NCBI GenBank assembly: GCA_043228905.1
Contig: JBHGNT010000013.1
Coordinates: forward strand, 20,894,001 to 20,958,000
DNA length: 64,000 nt
Direction: 5' to 3'
Source of the DNA: Azolla caroliniana
Lineage: Eukaryota > Plantae > Polypodiophyta
Part shown: positions 11,290-23,866 of the stretch, piece after piece
Layout: each line of letters opens with the position of its first letter
How positions within the stretch are numbered: the stretch's first letter is position 1
Made by a program: the position numbers and the translations under genes
Notes under the pieces: generated by a model
Databases searched by the model: none
What the model was told of the DNA's origin: nothing
The model's input: the letters and a program-made list of their open reading frames with translations, nothing else

Positions 11290-12350
11290 GGGGATATTAA
11301 TAGCTACACATGTAGATGGCCATGACCTAGGGCACCAATTCTGCATTGGTAAAGTTTTGGACATGGTGATGCATTAAGTCTTTGTAATACATCTATCATT
11401 GACATTAGTGAGGTGGATATTATTGTGTATGACTTTACACTGACAAAAATTGGATGTTTAAGGACGACAACGATAGACATAATAAAAGAGATATTACCAA
11501 GTCTAGAAGATATTTCAGATTGAAGGCGAACAAGATTTAGTGCACACAATTTGGCGACACCATTTGGTGAAGACAATGATTTAATTGGTACATTTGAAAA
11601 TGAGGAGGAAGAGTCACGATTGTATATTAGCTATAGTAGGGATTCTCATGAAAGGAATGATGATAGTGATGCAAATAACTCCTAAATGTATTTTTTGTGC
11701 AACGATATGCAACAAATTTAGACAACATTTTATCAAATGAAATAGAAAAGTTGATTGTTTTGAAATCTTTCTCTTATGATATCGTTAGTATTTAAAATAC
11801 TACTAGTTGTAATTTGTCCTTAAAAATACACAAAGTTACTTTTCGTATTTGGCCAAAATTTGACATTTTTCAATTTTCCAATTGGTGAAAATTTTAGCTT
11901 TTTCATCAAGTTTTCGAGAAATTGTGATACTAGTGTCAAGGTGTTTAGTAAAATGGCCAAAAAAGCCCCAAAATCAGATGGAATATTCCTTATCCTTCCA
12001 TTTGTGCGCAATCCTTCCACTTGTGAACGTGAACATGTTTTTTGCTTTATTACTCAGAAGTTTGTGTTATTACATGTTAGTTATTATGGTGAATAGGTAA
12101 TTTATGGGAATACTCAAAATTTTGAACTTTGGTTTCTAACGTAGTTTTGATTTGTTTTCCTTTCATATTCAATTTACATACGAGACAACCATATGAAACC
12201 ATGTGCACAAAACTATGGTTCCAAGCCCATGGTTTTGTGCATGTCACAAAGAAAAACTATGTGCATAGAAACGATGGCTCCAAACCCATGATTTTTTGCA
12301 TGGACAAACCTATAAAAACCCTAATACAGCTTGTGTAAAAGGGGGGGTCA
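11290..12350. other. Unclassified AT-rich relic, possibly a DNA-transposon 3' end; continues 7160-7727, which was split by the Trp-primed element
   Basis: Contiguity follows from the ACGT TSD. Decayed acidic ORF tail at 11570-11680 and inverted repeats GCACAAAACTATGG/CCATGGTTTTGTGC at 12205-12240. No diagnostic motif recognised. Confidence 0.3.
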
Positions 12351-15081
12351 ATTTGGAGATCATCATCATCATCATCAATAATATATTATTCCTCTTGACA
12401 TCTATCTTCTTCTCGAGTATAAAAATCTTTGTTCTTTTCAAATGTGATATTAGTTTCCTCGACTCGTACATACACATCATCGTCTTCTCAACAAGTTCGC
12501 GAATGTCCTCCCTGGTCTGTGGCGTCGGTGGTCCCGCTCGCACAAAGCACGCACGCACCTACATTTTCACAACAACGGAAGCCGATGATGTTTCCCGAGC
12601 TAGCAGGCTTCACATATTTGGGCCTTCCGGCCACTAAATTTTGGCAGTTCGAACACAACTTGTTTTGACTGCAAGTCCTGAAGCCTTTGATAATGTACCT
12701 GGTTGATCCGCTTATGCCACAGGTCGATATCCGACTCGACCTTCTGATCTTTTCTGAACAAAGCGGCGCCGACATCATTGCTGTCGAGGGTAAACATCCT
12801 CCTGTCTCGGCGCCCTTGCGCGATGATCTGGCTTTCTTCCTCGATGAAGCACCCAAGGTGCGTAAACCGTACATGCATCCCTTGGGCGACAATCTATCCG
12901 ATCGACACTAGATTCTTCGTGATTGTCGAAACATGTAAAACATTCATCAACTTTCCCTTTTGATCGACATGACTCAAAGGGACCTCTCCGACATGCTCGA
13001 TCGGGTGAGGAGTGTCATCTCCGGTTGTTTCGGTTCCTCCAAATATGAGAACCACTCTTCGTGGCTTGTCATATGGTTAGATGCTCCGGAGTCAACATAC
13101 CACACTTCCTCCGATGTGGAAGTGGTCATCTTCATCGAGTTCGTCTTATGTTTGATTACGAAGGCTGCCCTTTTCTGGTCTTTCTAGATCCTGATTTGTT
13201 TGAATCAGTGCGCTTCTTCCAACACTCGCTCTCTCGGTGTCCTTTCTTGCCACAATACCAACATTTTGTTTTGGTTTCCGATGCCGCCTTGACTCCCCCT
13301 ACTCGTGGAGGGTCTCGCACTACTCTCGGCACTACTCTCGGCACTATCTCCATGCCTTTGATTCTACTCTTGTTGGCCGCCGCTATTGCGTGCTGAACCA
13401 CCTCGTCCTCCACGCCCATGGGTCGATCTGTCTCTGTGTACATCCGACTATCCAATTGAGTGGTCTTGGACCCACTCACGTGGTTTTCTTCAACCATCAA
13501 CATTGATTGCTAGTCAATGAAGGATGGTGGCTTCTCCCGGGTGCAAATCATTGTCTGGATAGGCTCGTACCTCTGCGCTAGACCACTGAGGCAGATCTAG
13601 ACCATCTCTTCTTCATCCACCGTTACATTGATGGAACCTAATGCGTCACAGATCTCCTTTATCTTAGTGGTATAATCCGTAACCGACATATCCCTTTGTC
13701 GGATGTTGTTGAGCTCTTGTCGGAGCTGCAACATATAGGCTGTGGTAGTGGCGGTGAAAATCGTTTTGGGATTTTCCCAGGCCTCCTTCGACGTTTTCAC
13801 ATCTCTGATGTAGCCAAGCATCTGGTCGTGCACACAGGACACGAGCCAGTATAGAAGTCTACTCGCTCCTTGATCCCATGACAAGAAGTCCTTGTGTGCC
13901 GACTCCAGCGCTACTTCATTCGCTCCTTCGAAATAGATCTAGTAACCGTGTCCGAGCAGGTACTGGTGCATCTTGTGAGACCAAGATGCATAGTTGCCTC
14001 TGTCGAGCTTCTACGTTTGAAGCGGGCTAGCCGTTCCTCTGTCCATCTTTCTTCAGGTTGTTCTTACCCGGAAGTTAGGTTTTCTTCTAGTTTTCTCAGG
14101 TATCGTGTCGGTAACAGAGGATTTTCAACCCTTGCACTTTGATACCATGTAAATATTAGCGTGTGGAATCTAACAAACACAACCGCCTCTGTCGGATAGC
14201 AAGAGAAAATGGAACTAAGGTTTAATGGAAACTTCACAGAACACAAAGAGAGTAGAACAACATAAAACTCTAATTTAAAAAATACTCCAAGAGTCTATAC
14301 ATATAAAGGACTGATAGAAGTACTGACAAGTAGTTCAGTGCTCGTATAGAGCATCAGACACTAACTCCTCGGATAACTACATAATAGTCTAGGAGTGTAG
14401 ACCTCCAATGGCCTACTGTTACCGATTAAGAACACTGTCTACGCTCAGTCCTTCGAGGTAGACCTCAAGGTGACCGTGTTAAAAGGAATAGAACCTTCGT
14501 ACCGTAAATCGTAATGGGATACTCCCTCGTATCCTAGTAGCGTATAAGGGAGACGTCTACAACTGAACTCTTTAGGAAGTGCGCTGGGATCCGCGCTTAC
14601 ACCTACACCCTTACGATTAACAGTACGCAACAGAGAAACCAAGAATGCAACAGAGAAAGCCACAGATATGCACAGATATCCGAGAAGATAGTAATTTATT
14701 AGAAAAACGCTCTATACTCCAAAATTACACACTACCTCTTACAGAGGATTTCTGCCCTTTATATACACAGGGTTTTTAGCCGTTCACGCTTCCCGCGTGA
14801 ACCATTACATTTGTTTGTTAACGCTTTACTACATTATAATATTTTTGCGCTTCTGTCCGTCGGTTACGATTCCATTGGACAACACCTGGCACGCCTGTGG
14901 GACAGTGCCATGGCACATCAGACCCATCCCTCTATTCTTCCTCCAAAATATCCCGGATGTTTGGCTCCGCTCCTACGTACTGGTTCGAGGACGATGCAGT
15001 GCCCGTAGGAGCGTCATTGCTCAGTTGCCTATCTTGTACTTCCTCGGTCGTCATGGGGGTTTCCATGGCGTAAACTTCTCC

Positions 15082-18020
15082 CTACGTGGGCGGACCCAGC
15101 TCTGTTGGCTCATTCCGTTCTACTATGGCTGGCTCTTCCGTCTGCGGGCTCTCGGTAGGTTGAGGCTCTGTCCTATCCGTAACTTCCTCAGTGTTGCCGA
15201 CCGTAATTGTTATCTCCAGTGAATTGGGCTGAGGTTCCTCCTGTTCAACGGTATCACTTTCTGGTATCACGATGGGCTCCGTTCTTAGTCGTGTGTTGCT
15301 TACCATAGTTGTCATCTCCGGAGAATTGGGTTGAGGTTCCTGTTGTTCTACGGTTTCACTTTCTGGTATCGTGATGGGCTCCGCTCTTTGCCGCATGCTG
15401 CTTGCTTCCATGATTCGGTGAAACATATCGTCCTGACTTTCGCTGAAATCGTCCAGAAGCTGCGCAAGTTCCTCGGAGTGTTGGTCCGCTAGCGTGCGAT
15501 AATCCTGTGTTTGTTCCTCGCGTACTGCCGCAATGCCTTCCTCATTGAGCTTGTAGAAACCTCGGCCTTCTTTTCTACGGTTTTCCCAGTCCGCCCAGTA
15601 GGTATGCAACTCGCCGCTTGTGTTGCCCACGCCATCCAGCCTTTGTCTACCGTTGCTTGTAATTGCGTCGTAAACCTCTCCCGATTTGTTTGAAGAAGTA
15701 TGCGCACGTTGTTCGTTATGACTTGGCAACGGTTGTGCGCTTCTTCCAGGGTTTTTTTGAGGTTTTCGATTTCATGCTTATTAACCACAACCGCTTCCTC
15801 ATAATGGTTCTTCATCCTTGCCCATATCTGGGATTCTTTCAAGTGTAATTCCTCCAGCTGGCCCATTTCATTGTTCAGGTGAACTTTGACCTGATGCCTC
15901 ACCTCCTGCTCTCATATGAGCTGCTTGTCGTACCACACTTTCTTCTTTTCCAATAACTCCTGGAGTCCTGTGATCGCGGCTTCCAACTTTTGGGCTTCCT
16001 CCTGTAGTTTGGTGTTTTCTTCTTTCATGCGGGTGTGCTTGCTACCTCCGCTTCGAGTGCCTTCATTGCCTTTCGGCCTTTGGCCCGTATGTCCTTTTCT
16101 TTGTCGGAGGATTGGCGGAGTTCGGAGCGGAGGCAGTCAATCTCGGACTTCGCAAGCTGTGTAGCCCTTTTTGCTTTAGCAGCGAAGGCCTGTTGTGCGG
16201 CTATCTCCTCTTGTAGGGTTATCGAGGGGTCCTCACCCGCTGTTGGTTCAGGATTTTGCGGTGCCCTAGTAACGCTCTGTTCGAGCTTTGTAAAGCGCTC
16301 TTGGCCCTTCTGTAATTGGGCTTGAGTCAACTTGGCTGTTTTCCACATGTTTTTATTCTTGCTAGCCATATCCTTGGCCCCCACACTCACTCTAGCCAAT
16401 TCCCAATGTACCTCAACCAGGGCCGCATTCAGTGGAGGTAGTTCAATGCCCATATGTCAAATCCCCACATTCTGTTGCCTGCCTACCTTGGCTAGAGACC
16501 CTTCATCCTCACTTTCCGTTGTTTGTGTGAGCGCACACTCAATCATCTGTTGTTTTGCGTGCTCCTTCGCCATTCTTTGTGATACCTTAATTTGCTGTGT
16601 TGCCAAAAATTCCATGAGTTTGTAAGTTGTTCCAAATTGTAGTAGTGCACTAAACTCATGGGTTGTATCCGGAATGTCCGGGTACTTTAGGACTTCGCTT
16701 TCCGCCGTGAGTACACATTTCCCACGCTGCGACTGGGCCGTAATGATCGGCCGTGGTTCCCGGATTATTTTGAAAGTGGTGTTGGGCTCTGTAGTTGCGT
16801 AACTGTCAACCAAGGCGGACGTGTCTGCCAAAAATTCCATGAGTTCGTAAGTTGTTCCAAATTGTAGTAGCGCACTGGACTCATGGACTGTATCCGGAAT
16901 GTCCAGGTACTTTAGGACTTCGCTTTCCGCCGTGAGTACACCTTTCCCACGCTGCGACTGGGCCGTAATGATCGTCCGTGGTTCCTGGATTATTTCGAAA
17001 GTGGTGTTGGGCTCCGTAGTTGCGTAACTGTCAACCAAGGTGGTCGTGTCTGCCAAAACATCCATGAGTTTGTAAGTTGTTCCAAATTGTAGTAGCGCAC
17101 TGAACTCATGGGCTGTATTCGGAATGTCCTGGTACTTTAGGACTTTGCTTTTCGCCGTGAGTACACCTGTCCCACGCTGCGACTGGGCCGTAATGATCGG
17201 CCGTGGTTCCCGGATTATTTCGAAAGTGGTGTTGGGCTCCGTAGTTGTGTAACTATCGACCAAGGCGGTCGTGTCTGTTTCTGCGGTTTTGTCTATGTCC
17301 GCGGTTGTGTCTTTGACTAGTCTGCACCCATATTTCTGGTCTAGCCTACGCCGTTTTGGCCTCGGGCTTTCTTGGCGTTGTTCGACTTCTTGGTCATGTG
17401 GAGCTTCCTCCTTGCTTGCCAACCGTTCTCCTTGTGTTGTTTGCGTGCGGGGCTGGGAAGATTGTGGTTTACCATCCCATTCTGTGGTAGCCAACTCCGC
17501 TAACCTCCGTTTCTCGGAATGTGGTGGTGGCGTGGGTTTGCTGGGCTGTGGTGCGGGCAGAACTCGGGGTGGAAATAGTATCGTCAGATACTGTTGTATG
17601 ATTGGCCTTAGCTTTTTGCCACCCTGATACACGTGCAGCCCTTCCTGTAAAGCTGGTCCCGTAATTACCCCCCAATCGACCACACGCCCTTCAAAGGTGT
17701 CAATGATAATGCCTGCCTTCAGCTTTGGCATCCCATAGGCATTTACGTGCAGGTGGCCTACCTCCAACAAGAACTTGGCTATTTCTCGAAAGAAGGGGTC
17801 GGGGATTTCCTTTGTCCTGTATGTTTTGGCGGACACCGAATATGCCCTGAAATATCCCTATAGGGTTTCCGCAGGAGGGATGTCGAAATGTTTCTCCCCA
17901 ATCGATGATAAGTCAAGCTTCTTCTGGATGGTAGTGTTGGTGACTGTGCCTATGTTGAGCTTCCTGGCAATTTCAAGGGTTTAGGGTGAGCAAGTGCCTC
18001 GGTGACTTTGATTTATCCAT
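15082..18020 (-). pseudogene. Extra 3' ORF of the gypsy element (broken, roughly 950-1000 codons; repeat-rich then coiled-coil)
   Basis: Near-contiguous same-strand ORFs 16457-17836, 16025-16453, 15489-15902 and 15082-15729 lie between integrase and the 3' LTR. E/Q/K/A-rich helical composition. Confidence 0.7.
16601..17277 (-). repeat. 225-bp (75-aa) in-frame tandem repeat, 3 copies
   Basis: CAAGG...GTGTCTG recurs at 16811, 17036, 17261. Protein repeat LVDSYxTTEPNTTF...LLQFGTTY occurs three times. Confidence 0.95.
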
Positions 18021-18415
18021 CCAGTCTCTTTTTGAGAAGCCATATGCGCAAGGCGGCGGAAATAGTGATCGGCATCGTAGGTGGAGGAGATTCGTGGTTA
18101 GTGGATGATGTTTGCTGGCTATGGCGGGCGCGGGCTCTGTGGTAGGATGGGGAGTTGGGTGAGTGAGGAGAGCGACGAAAGAGAGGAGGGTTAAGGACTG
18201 AAGAATATTTTCTGCACCGTGCAGAAAACTTTTGCTTTCCTCTTTTTGTGGCCTAGGGTTCATTGGCCTGTGTGCCATCGTGGTGCCGCGTGTTCTTTCT
18301 CTAGTAGTTTGTGCATGCATCCAGTCCTTTTAATAACGTCACTATCTTCTTCTTCTTTTTCTAACAGTTAAATACAATATTACTGTTACACTATAATATA
18401 GGTGGGTCCCTTTAA

Positions 18416-21400
18416 TTAATCTGCGGATTCTTCGGCCGTGTTGTTTACAGCGTGGAACGGGTTTGGTGGCACCGGTCCCTGGTAAGGTTTTAGTCGAAAC
18501 CCATTCACCTTTTGTCGTAACACTTCCCCGGCCAGGGTGCCTAGTTGAAACGTGTCATTTTCCGCGCTAACGATCCAGTACGGCCCCGTCCAGCGGAATC
18601 TTAATTTGCCTGGCATTTGCCCCATCCATGTTTGAAAGACTAGGACCGCTTTGCCGACCACAAAATCTTTTTCACGTGCATTTCAATGCCGGTCCACGAA
18701 TGCTTTACGCCGACACTACTCTTGTTCCAATATGGCCATGCTTCGTAATCGTGTCTCGCCTAGTTCGAGCAGCTGTTGTAGCCATATTTGTTCGGATTTG
18801 TCTTCTAATAGCCAGTCTCGTACCTGAATCCACAGACTGGGTACTTGAAATTCGATTGGCATTACGGCCTCCAACCCAAATGCTAGCCGGAAAGGCGTGG
18901 ATTGTATGCTAGTCTTATAGTTGGTTTGGTACGCCCATAACACGCTGTGTAATTTGGTATGCCGGTCTGTTTTGTTCTCATTGATGATCTTTTTTAGTAT
19001 CGTTTGTAACGTTTTGTTCATGGACTCCGCTAAACCATTCGCCTGTGGATAATATGACGTGCTCTTCTTGTGGACAACGGCATAGTGTTGTGTCAGCTCC
19101 CGGATGGCCGAATTCAGAAAGTGGCTTGCTTGGTCACTAATGAGCTCAATAGGGCAGCCAAAACGACACCAGATATGTTCGTAAAGAAATTTCTCCGTCA
19201 CTGCCGCGAAATTTTCTCGTAGTGCCTTCGCTTCCACCCACTTAGTGCAATAATTAGTACCCACAAGTATATATTTATTGCTAGTCCGAGCTGCCGCTGG
19301 TGTAAATGGCCCCACGAAATTGAGTCCCCATTTCCCCATTTCTGGAATGGATCCAATGGCAACACTGGTTGATGTGGCATCATTGCGACCTCTGTGGGCT
19401 GGCCTATCCGTTGACACAGGGTGCATTGTTTGCAATATTCATACGCATCCTTTTGCGTAGTCGCCCACCATAGGCTGGCATGCCAGACTTTACGAGCCAT
19501 AACATCGCCCGTGTAGTGTCCTCCTGCTGTACCACAGTGCGCTTCGCGTAAAACCGCTTCCTTCTCATCTGGGCGTATTCGGTGTCGCCAGATTCCTTCG
19601 CTGCCTTTGTGATACAGGACCCCTTCGACCAAACAAAAGTTACGACTTTGGACGGCCAATCGTTTCTTTTCGTCCGTTCTTAATTGTGGCGGTGGTAATC
19701 CAGTGGTAAGAAAGAATGTCATCTCCATTAACCAACGATCGGGAAAAGTTTTTTCTGTACATGTCACTATAGTTGTGATCTACATGATGTCTGCATCCGA
19801 AAAGTCGTCGTCCTCCTTTCGCACCATTTCTCCATTATCTATCTTGCTTAAGAAATCCGCTATAGTGTGTTGCGTACCCGGTCGATATTGTATAACAAAG
19901 TCGAACTCCTGGAGCAACAACATCCATCTAGCCAATTTTCGTGTTAGCGCTTGCTTCCCCACGAGGTATAGCAACGCCGTATGGTCCACGTGAAACGTAA
20001 ATTTCCGCCCCAGTAGATAATGTCGGAATTGATTGATGTTGTATATCGTCCCCAATGCTTCTTGTTCCGTTGTGGAGTAGTTACGCTCCACCTTTGATAG
20101 CTTCCTACTGGCATAATATACTGGTCTGTACCAAGTCAGCTCTATGAGTTGCATCAACACACTACCTTTTGTTATGTCTGAGGCGTCTACAAAAACGTGA
20201 AATGGTTTCCCCCAATCTGGTGATTGGTGCTTGAGTCAACATTATTTTAAGCGCATCGTATGCCTTTTCTTTAGTTGTCGTCCAGTTGAAAGGTGTACGG
20301 TGGACGGCGACATGTAATGGCGTGGTGAAATCCGCTAGATATTGTAACATCCGACTATGCCAATGTATTTGTCCTAGAAAATGACTGAGTGCTTTGTCCA
20401 ATACGCTGTCGGTGAAAGGTAAGGGGAACGCATTTGTAATAGTTACGGCGTTCAATTTCTAATAGTCTACGCAAACGCGGATTTTTCCATTTTTCTTCGG
20501 AACTACGACTATCGGGCTCAGCCACGTAGCTTGCTTGACTGGTCGAATGAATCTAGCCTTGAGAAGTTTGTCAATTTCTTCTTTTACACGAGTTGCGTAG
20601 TTCAGATTCATTCAGTATCGATGCTGCTGAATAGGTTTCACGTCGATAGCTAAATTGATCTTATGCTGGTAGAATTTTGGATCTAATCCCTTCATGTCTT
20701 CGTGGGACCACACGAACACATCTTTATATTCCTTGAGCAAAGCTAACATCGCCTCTTTCTGATCTAGTAGTATGTCTTTCGCGATGGAGAGTAATCGGGG
20801 ATTCGCTGTCGTTCCTACATTAACTTCTTCCAATGCTAAGGCAGTGACTCGTCGTGAAATTTCCATTTCTTTCTCGAATGCGACCCGTGCTCGGTTTAAT
20901 TCCAGTATCGACTCTGGGTCCGGTTCATAAGCCTCTTTGTGAAGTGTAGTGGGAGTAGCGTACTCCGCCACAGTTTCTATTACGTCAATTTCGAATAGTG
21001 GGATGATTTGCGGGTGCTCATCCAGGTACGCTTCTACCTCTGTATCGTCCACTCCTTCCAGCATATTTATGTCTTCTGTGTACAATGGTGTCATTCCTTT
21101 CGGATGCCCCGTCATTTCTTCTATGGGTACGCGAACTTTACTGCGTCCTCGTCGGAAACTGATACAATTATGTTGCCAGCTATGTTTGATGTTCGCCGAA
21201 TGAAGCCAAGGTCTGCCAAGTAGTATTGGGTATGCTCCGGAGAGTCGAGTGTGAGTACTACTGCCGAGATGTCAAAGTGGTGACCGCCAATGACGATGCA
21301 TAGTTTCCGGATTAACCCTAAGGGCCTAACAGATCGGGTATCCATCATGCGAAGCCGAAAGGGGCAAGCTTCCCATTCTGAAATTCCTAACTGTTTACAC

Positions 21401-23060
21401 GTCTTTGCACTAATCACATTAACACCCGAGCCCCCATCGATTATACAGCCTGTTATTTCCTTCCCGTGTAATACTAGCTTAATGGCTAGATTGTGGTGAT
21501 CCACCACCGTTGGTCCGGGGCTAATTTTGGCAAAATTTACTGAGACATTTATACCAGGCCTACCTACCTATTATGCAATATTCGACGACTTGCCGGAATC
21601 GTGGAACTTGTTGAAGGAGTTTTTCCATAGTTATGGTTATTTCGTAGCCTGCTAGTGCTTGCCATATGGGGTCCAACGGCCCAACATTGGTTGCGGACTC
21701 CTGCCGCATACGCGTCGTATTTGCCGCGTTCGCTTTTTCTACCCATGCTTGGGCCGCTTTGCGTACCTCATCTTGTGCAGCCCAGTCAACATTCTTTGTT
21801 TGTTGTCATGTTGTAACCTATTGAACTTCCGATGTAATCGTATTTACAGCTGGTCCTTTGCCCTTGCGCAATGGACGTTGAGTTGCGTAGTGTCTAGGCT
21901 CTTGCCAGGCAAAACAATGGACGTTGGACTCTCCTTTCTCTGGAGCTGGTGGCAGATTCCTATCCCCAATGTCGTTGGCTCCTCCTGGTCTTGTTGCATT
22001 CTCCAGGAATTCCGGGCTATTTGCGGTTGGTTCCTGCGTGACTCTTGGCGTAGGTCATCCTCCGAACTTTGGTCATAATGCCATTGGTCCCTATACTGTC
22101 GATGCTTTCCTTGTGAGTGCGGCCCATTGAATCCACCACGCCTATTCATCGACAGTGGTTGTCGTAACGATGCCCTCCTTTATTATACTGGTGGTTGCCC
22201 CAATATTCTTCGTCCTTCGGCTCCTCTTCGTCGGAATCGTTGCTATTCTGGCGATTGCGGTAGTTCTGGTCATCGCGTGGATTTCGATCAGTATATCAGG
22301 TTTGTTCCTCTTGGCGCCTTGGATCATTTCGGCGAGGTGGTCGCTGTGGTTCTACGCATCGTACTGTGGGCATAGGTCTGTTCAACATATTGTACTCACA
22401 TTGCTCGACCGTGTGTGCCTTTGAGTGACAAATTGGGCGGTGAATTCGCATATTGCATTCTACAACGGAGTGCCTGGAATTGAGGCAAATCGTGCACTGA
22501 ATAGCATGACAAAAGTGGCGTTCCTCGTCTTGAGGCAATGTCTGTCGTAATGAGGACAAAGAAAATCCTTCCTCCTCTTCGTCCAACTCAAGCTATAGTA
22601 CTCGCTCGATGACCATGTCGGTTGTTTCCCCTTTCACACTACGTGTGTTGAGCGTCGTCTTGATAGGACGTCGTAGGGCTACCACAGACGTCTCCCTGGC
22701 CTCGTCATCTGTCGAGGCCCGTTCTAATTTTTGCCATAGATTTTGGAAGCATAAACTAAAGTCTGCGACCGATTCTGCTGGTAGCTGCTTGATCATGTAG
22801 AACTGCCCGATGATTTTGCGTTGAGGTACCCTCCGATGAAAAAATCGTAGAAATGCTGACAACAACTGGTTGAAGGTGTGGATCGCTGGTAGATCCATCT
22901 GTGAATGCCAAAACACGGCTCTACCATCCAGAGTTAAACCAAACTCTGTCATTTTTTACTAGTCCGCTTCCTCTTCTCGAAATCGCTGCTCCATGTGATT
23001 CGCGTTCCTAAAGTTCAGGAATAGCCGGATGTGGCTTGCACTGTCTGTTTCGCCATTAAA
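18416..23060 (-). pseudogene. Degenerate gag-pol of the gypsy element (RT core deleted near 20398)
   Basis: EFGLTLDGRAVFW gag; CTICLNSRHSVVEC knuckle; IIDGGSGVNVIS protease; FPLPFTDSVLD fused directly to ALSHFLGQ; YYASRKL...NYSTTE RNase H; HCGTAGGHY...CKQCTLC, KWGLNFVGP, YYPQANGLAE and RWTGPY integrase. Confidence 0.93.
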
Positions 23061-23866
23061 GCATGGTTAGGAGAAGGACATTCTGGATGCGATGGTGGGC
23101 AGGGAAAGATCACAGTACTCGTGTGGTGATAGAACTTCTTGCTTGACGTCGCGATGTTGGGTGAGCGGGGAGTCGACTTTGTGGTTCGGACAGATATTAC
23201 TGAGGTGAGGTTTTTGCCTTGCGCACTCCTCTGTCTGGCGTGTGATGGACCTCGTGAGTGGTTGGACTTGTCGGGTCGTTTCTCTGGGTCGCCTATGGCT
23301 AGACATCCATCCCTTGTTGTTCATCTGTGAGAAATCACAGATCACCAGGCGTGCCAAACGTGTTACTGATTAGGAACATTGTCTACGTTCAGTCCTTCGA
23401 GGTAGACCTCAAGGTGACCATGTTACAAGAAATAGAACCTTCGTACCATAAATCGTAATGGGATACTCCCTTGTATCCAAGTAGCGGATAAGGGAGACGA
23501 CTACAACCGAACTCCTTAGGAAGCGCCTACACCCTTACGATTAACAGTACGCAAAAGAGAAACCAAGAACGCAATCGAGAAAGCCACGAGAAAATAGTAT
23601 TCTATTAGAAAAAATCTCTATACTCCAAAATTGCACGCTACCTCTTACAGAGGGTTTTTAGCCGTTCACGCTAACCGTGTGAACCATTACATTTGTTTCT
23701 TAACGCTTTACTACATTATAATATTTCTGCGCTTCTGTCCGTCGGTTACGATTCCGGTGGACAACACCTACCGGTTCCCACTTGGGTCTGGCTCTTGGTT
23801 CCGCATATCGATCCAACTTTGGCTTATTCATCCGATCCTGATCTGGTTGAGCTTGTCCGCTCAACA

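Larger units (their letters stand above)
1..12213 (+). repeat. Copy 1 of a large tandem segmental duplication (period 51,787 bp)
   Basis: 1-12213 matches 51788-64000 at offset 51787 (51789 between a GA-repeat +2 indel near 6180 and a -2 indel near 8085). Only a few dozen substitutions seen by eye. The ORF track repeats at the same offset. Confidence 0.99.
14417..23766 (-). mobile_element. TSD-bounded non-chromovirus Ty3/gypsy element (Athila/Tat/Phygy-like) with a long 3' extra ORF
   Basis: TSD CCTAC at 14412-14416 and 23767-23771. LTRs 14417-14884 and 23361-23766 (TGTTAC...ACAACA). PBS complement CAGGCGTGCCA at 23346-23356. Domain order gag-PR-RT-RH-INT on the minus strand. Confidence 0.95.
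12385..23866 (-). mobile_element. Ty1/copia element D (5' LTR, PBS, gag, PR, start of INT; 3'-truncated); 5' LTR = 14148-14416 + 23772-23866, split by a gypsy insertion
   Basis: Minus-strand LQLRQELNNIRQ gag, CWYCGKKGHRESEC, WYVDSGASNHM (~13070-13105), DLWHKRI...CEAC. tRNA-iMet-type PBS complement CTTTGATACCA at 14137-14147. LTR outer end CTCAACA at 23866. Confidence 0.88.
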
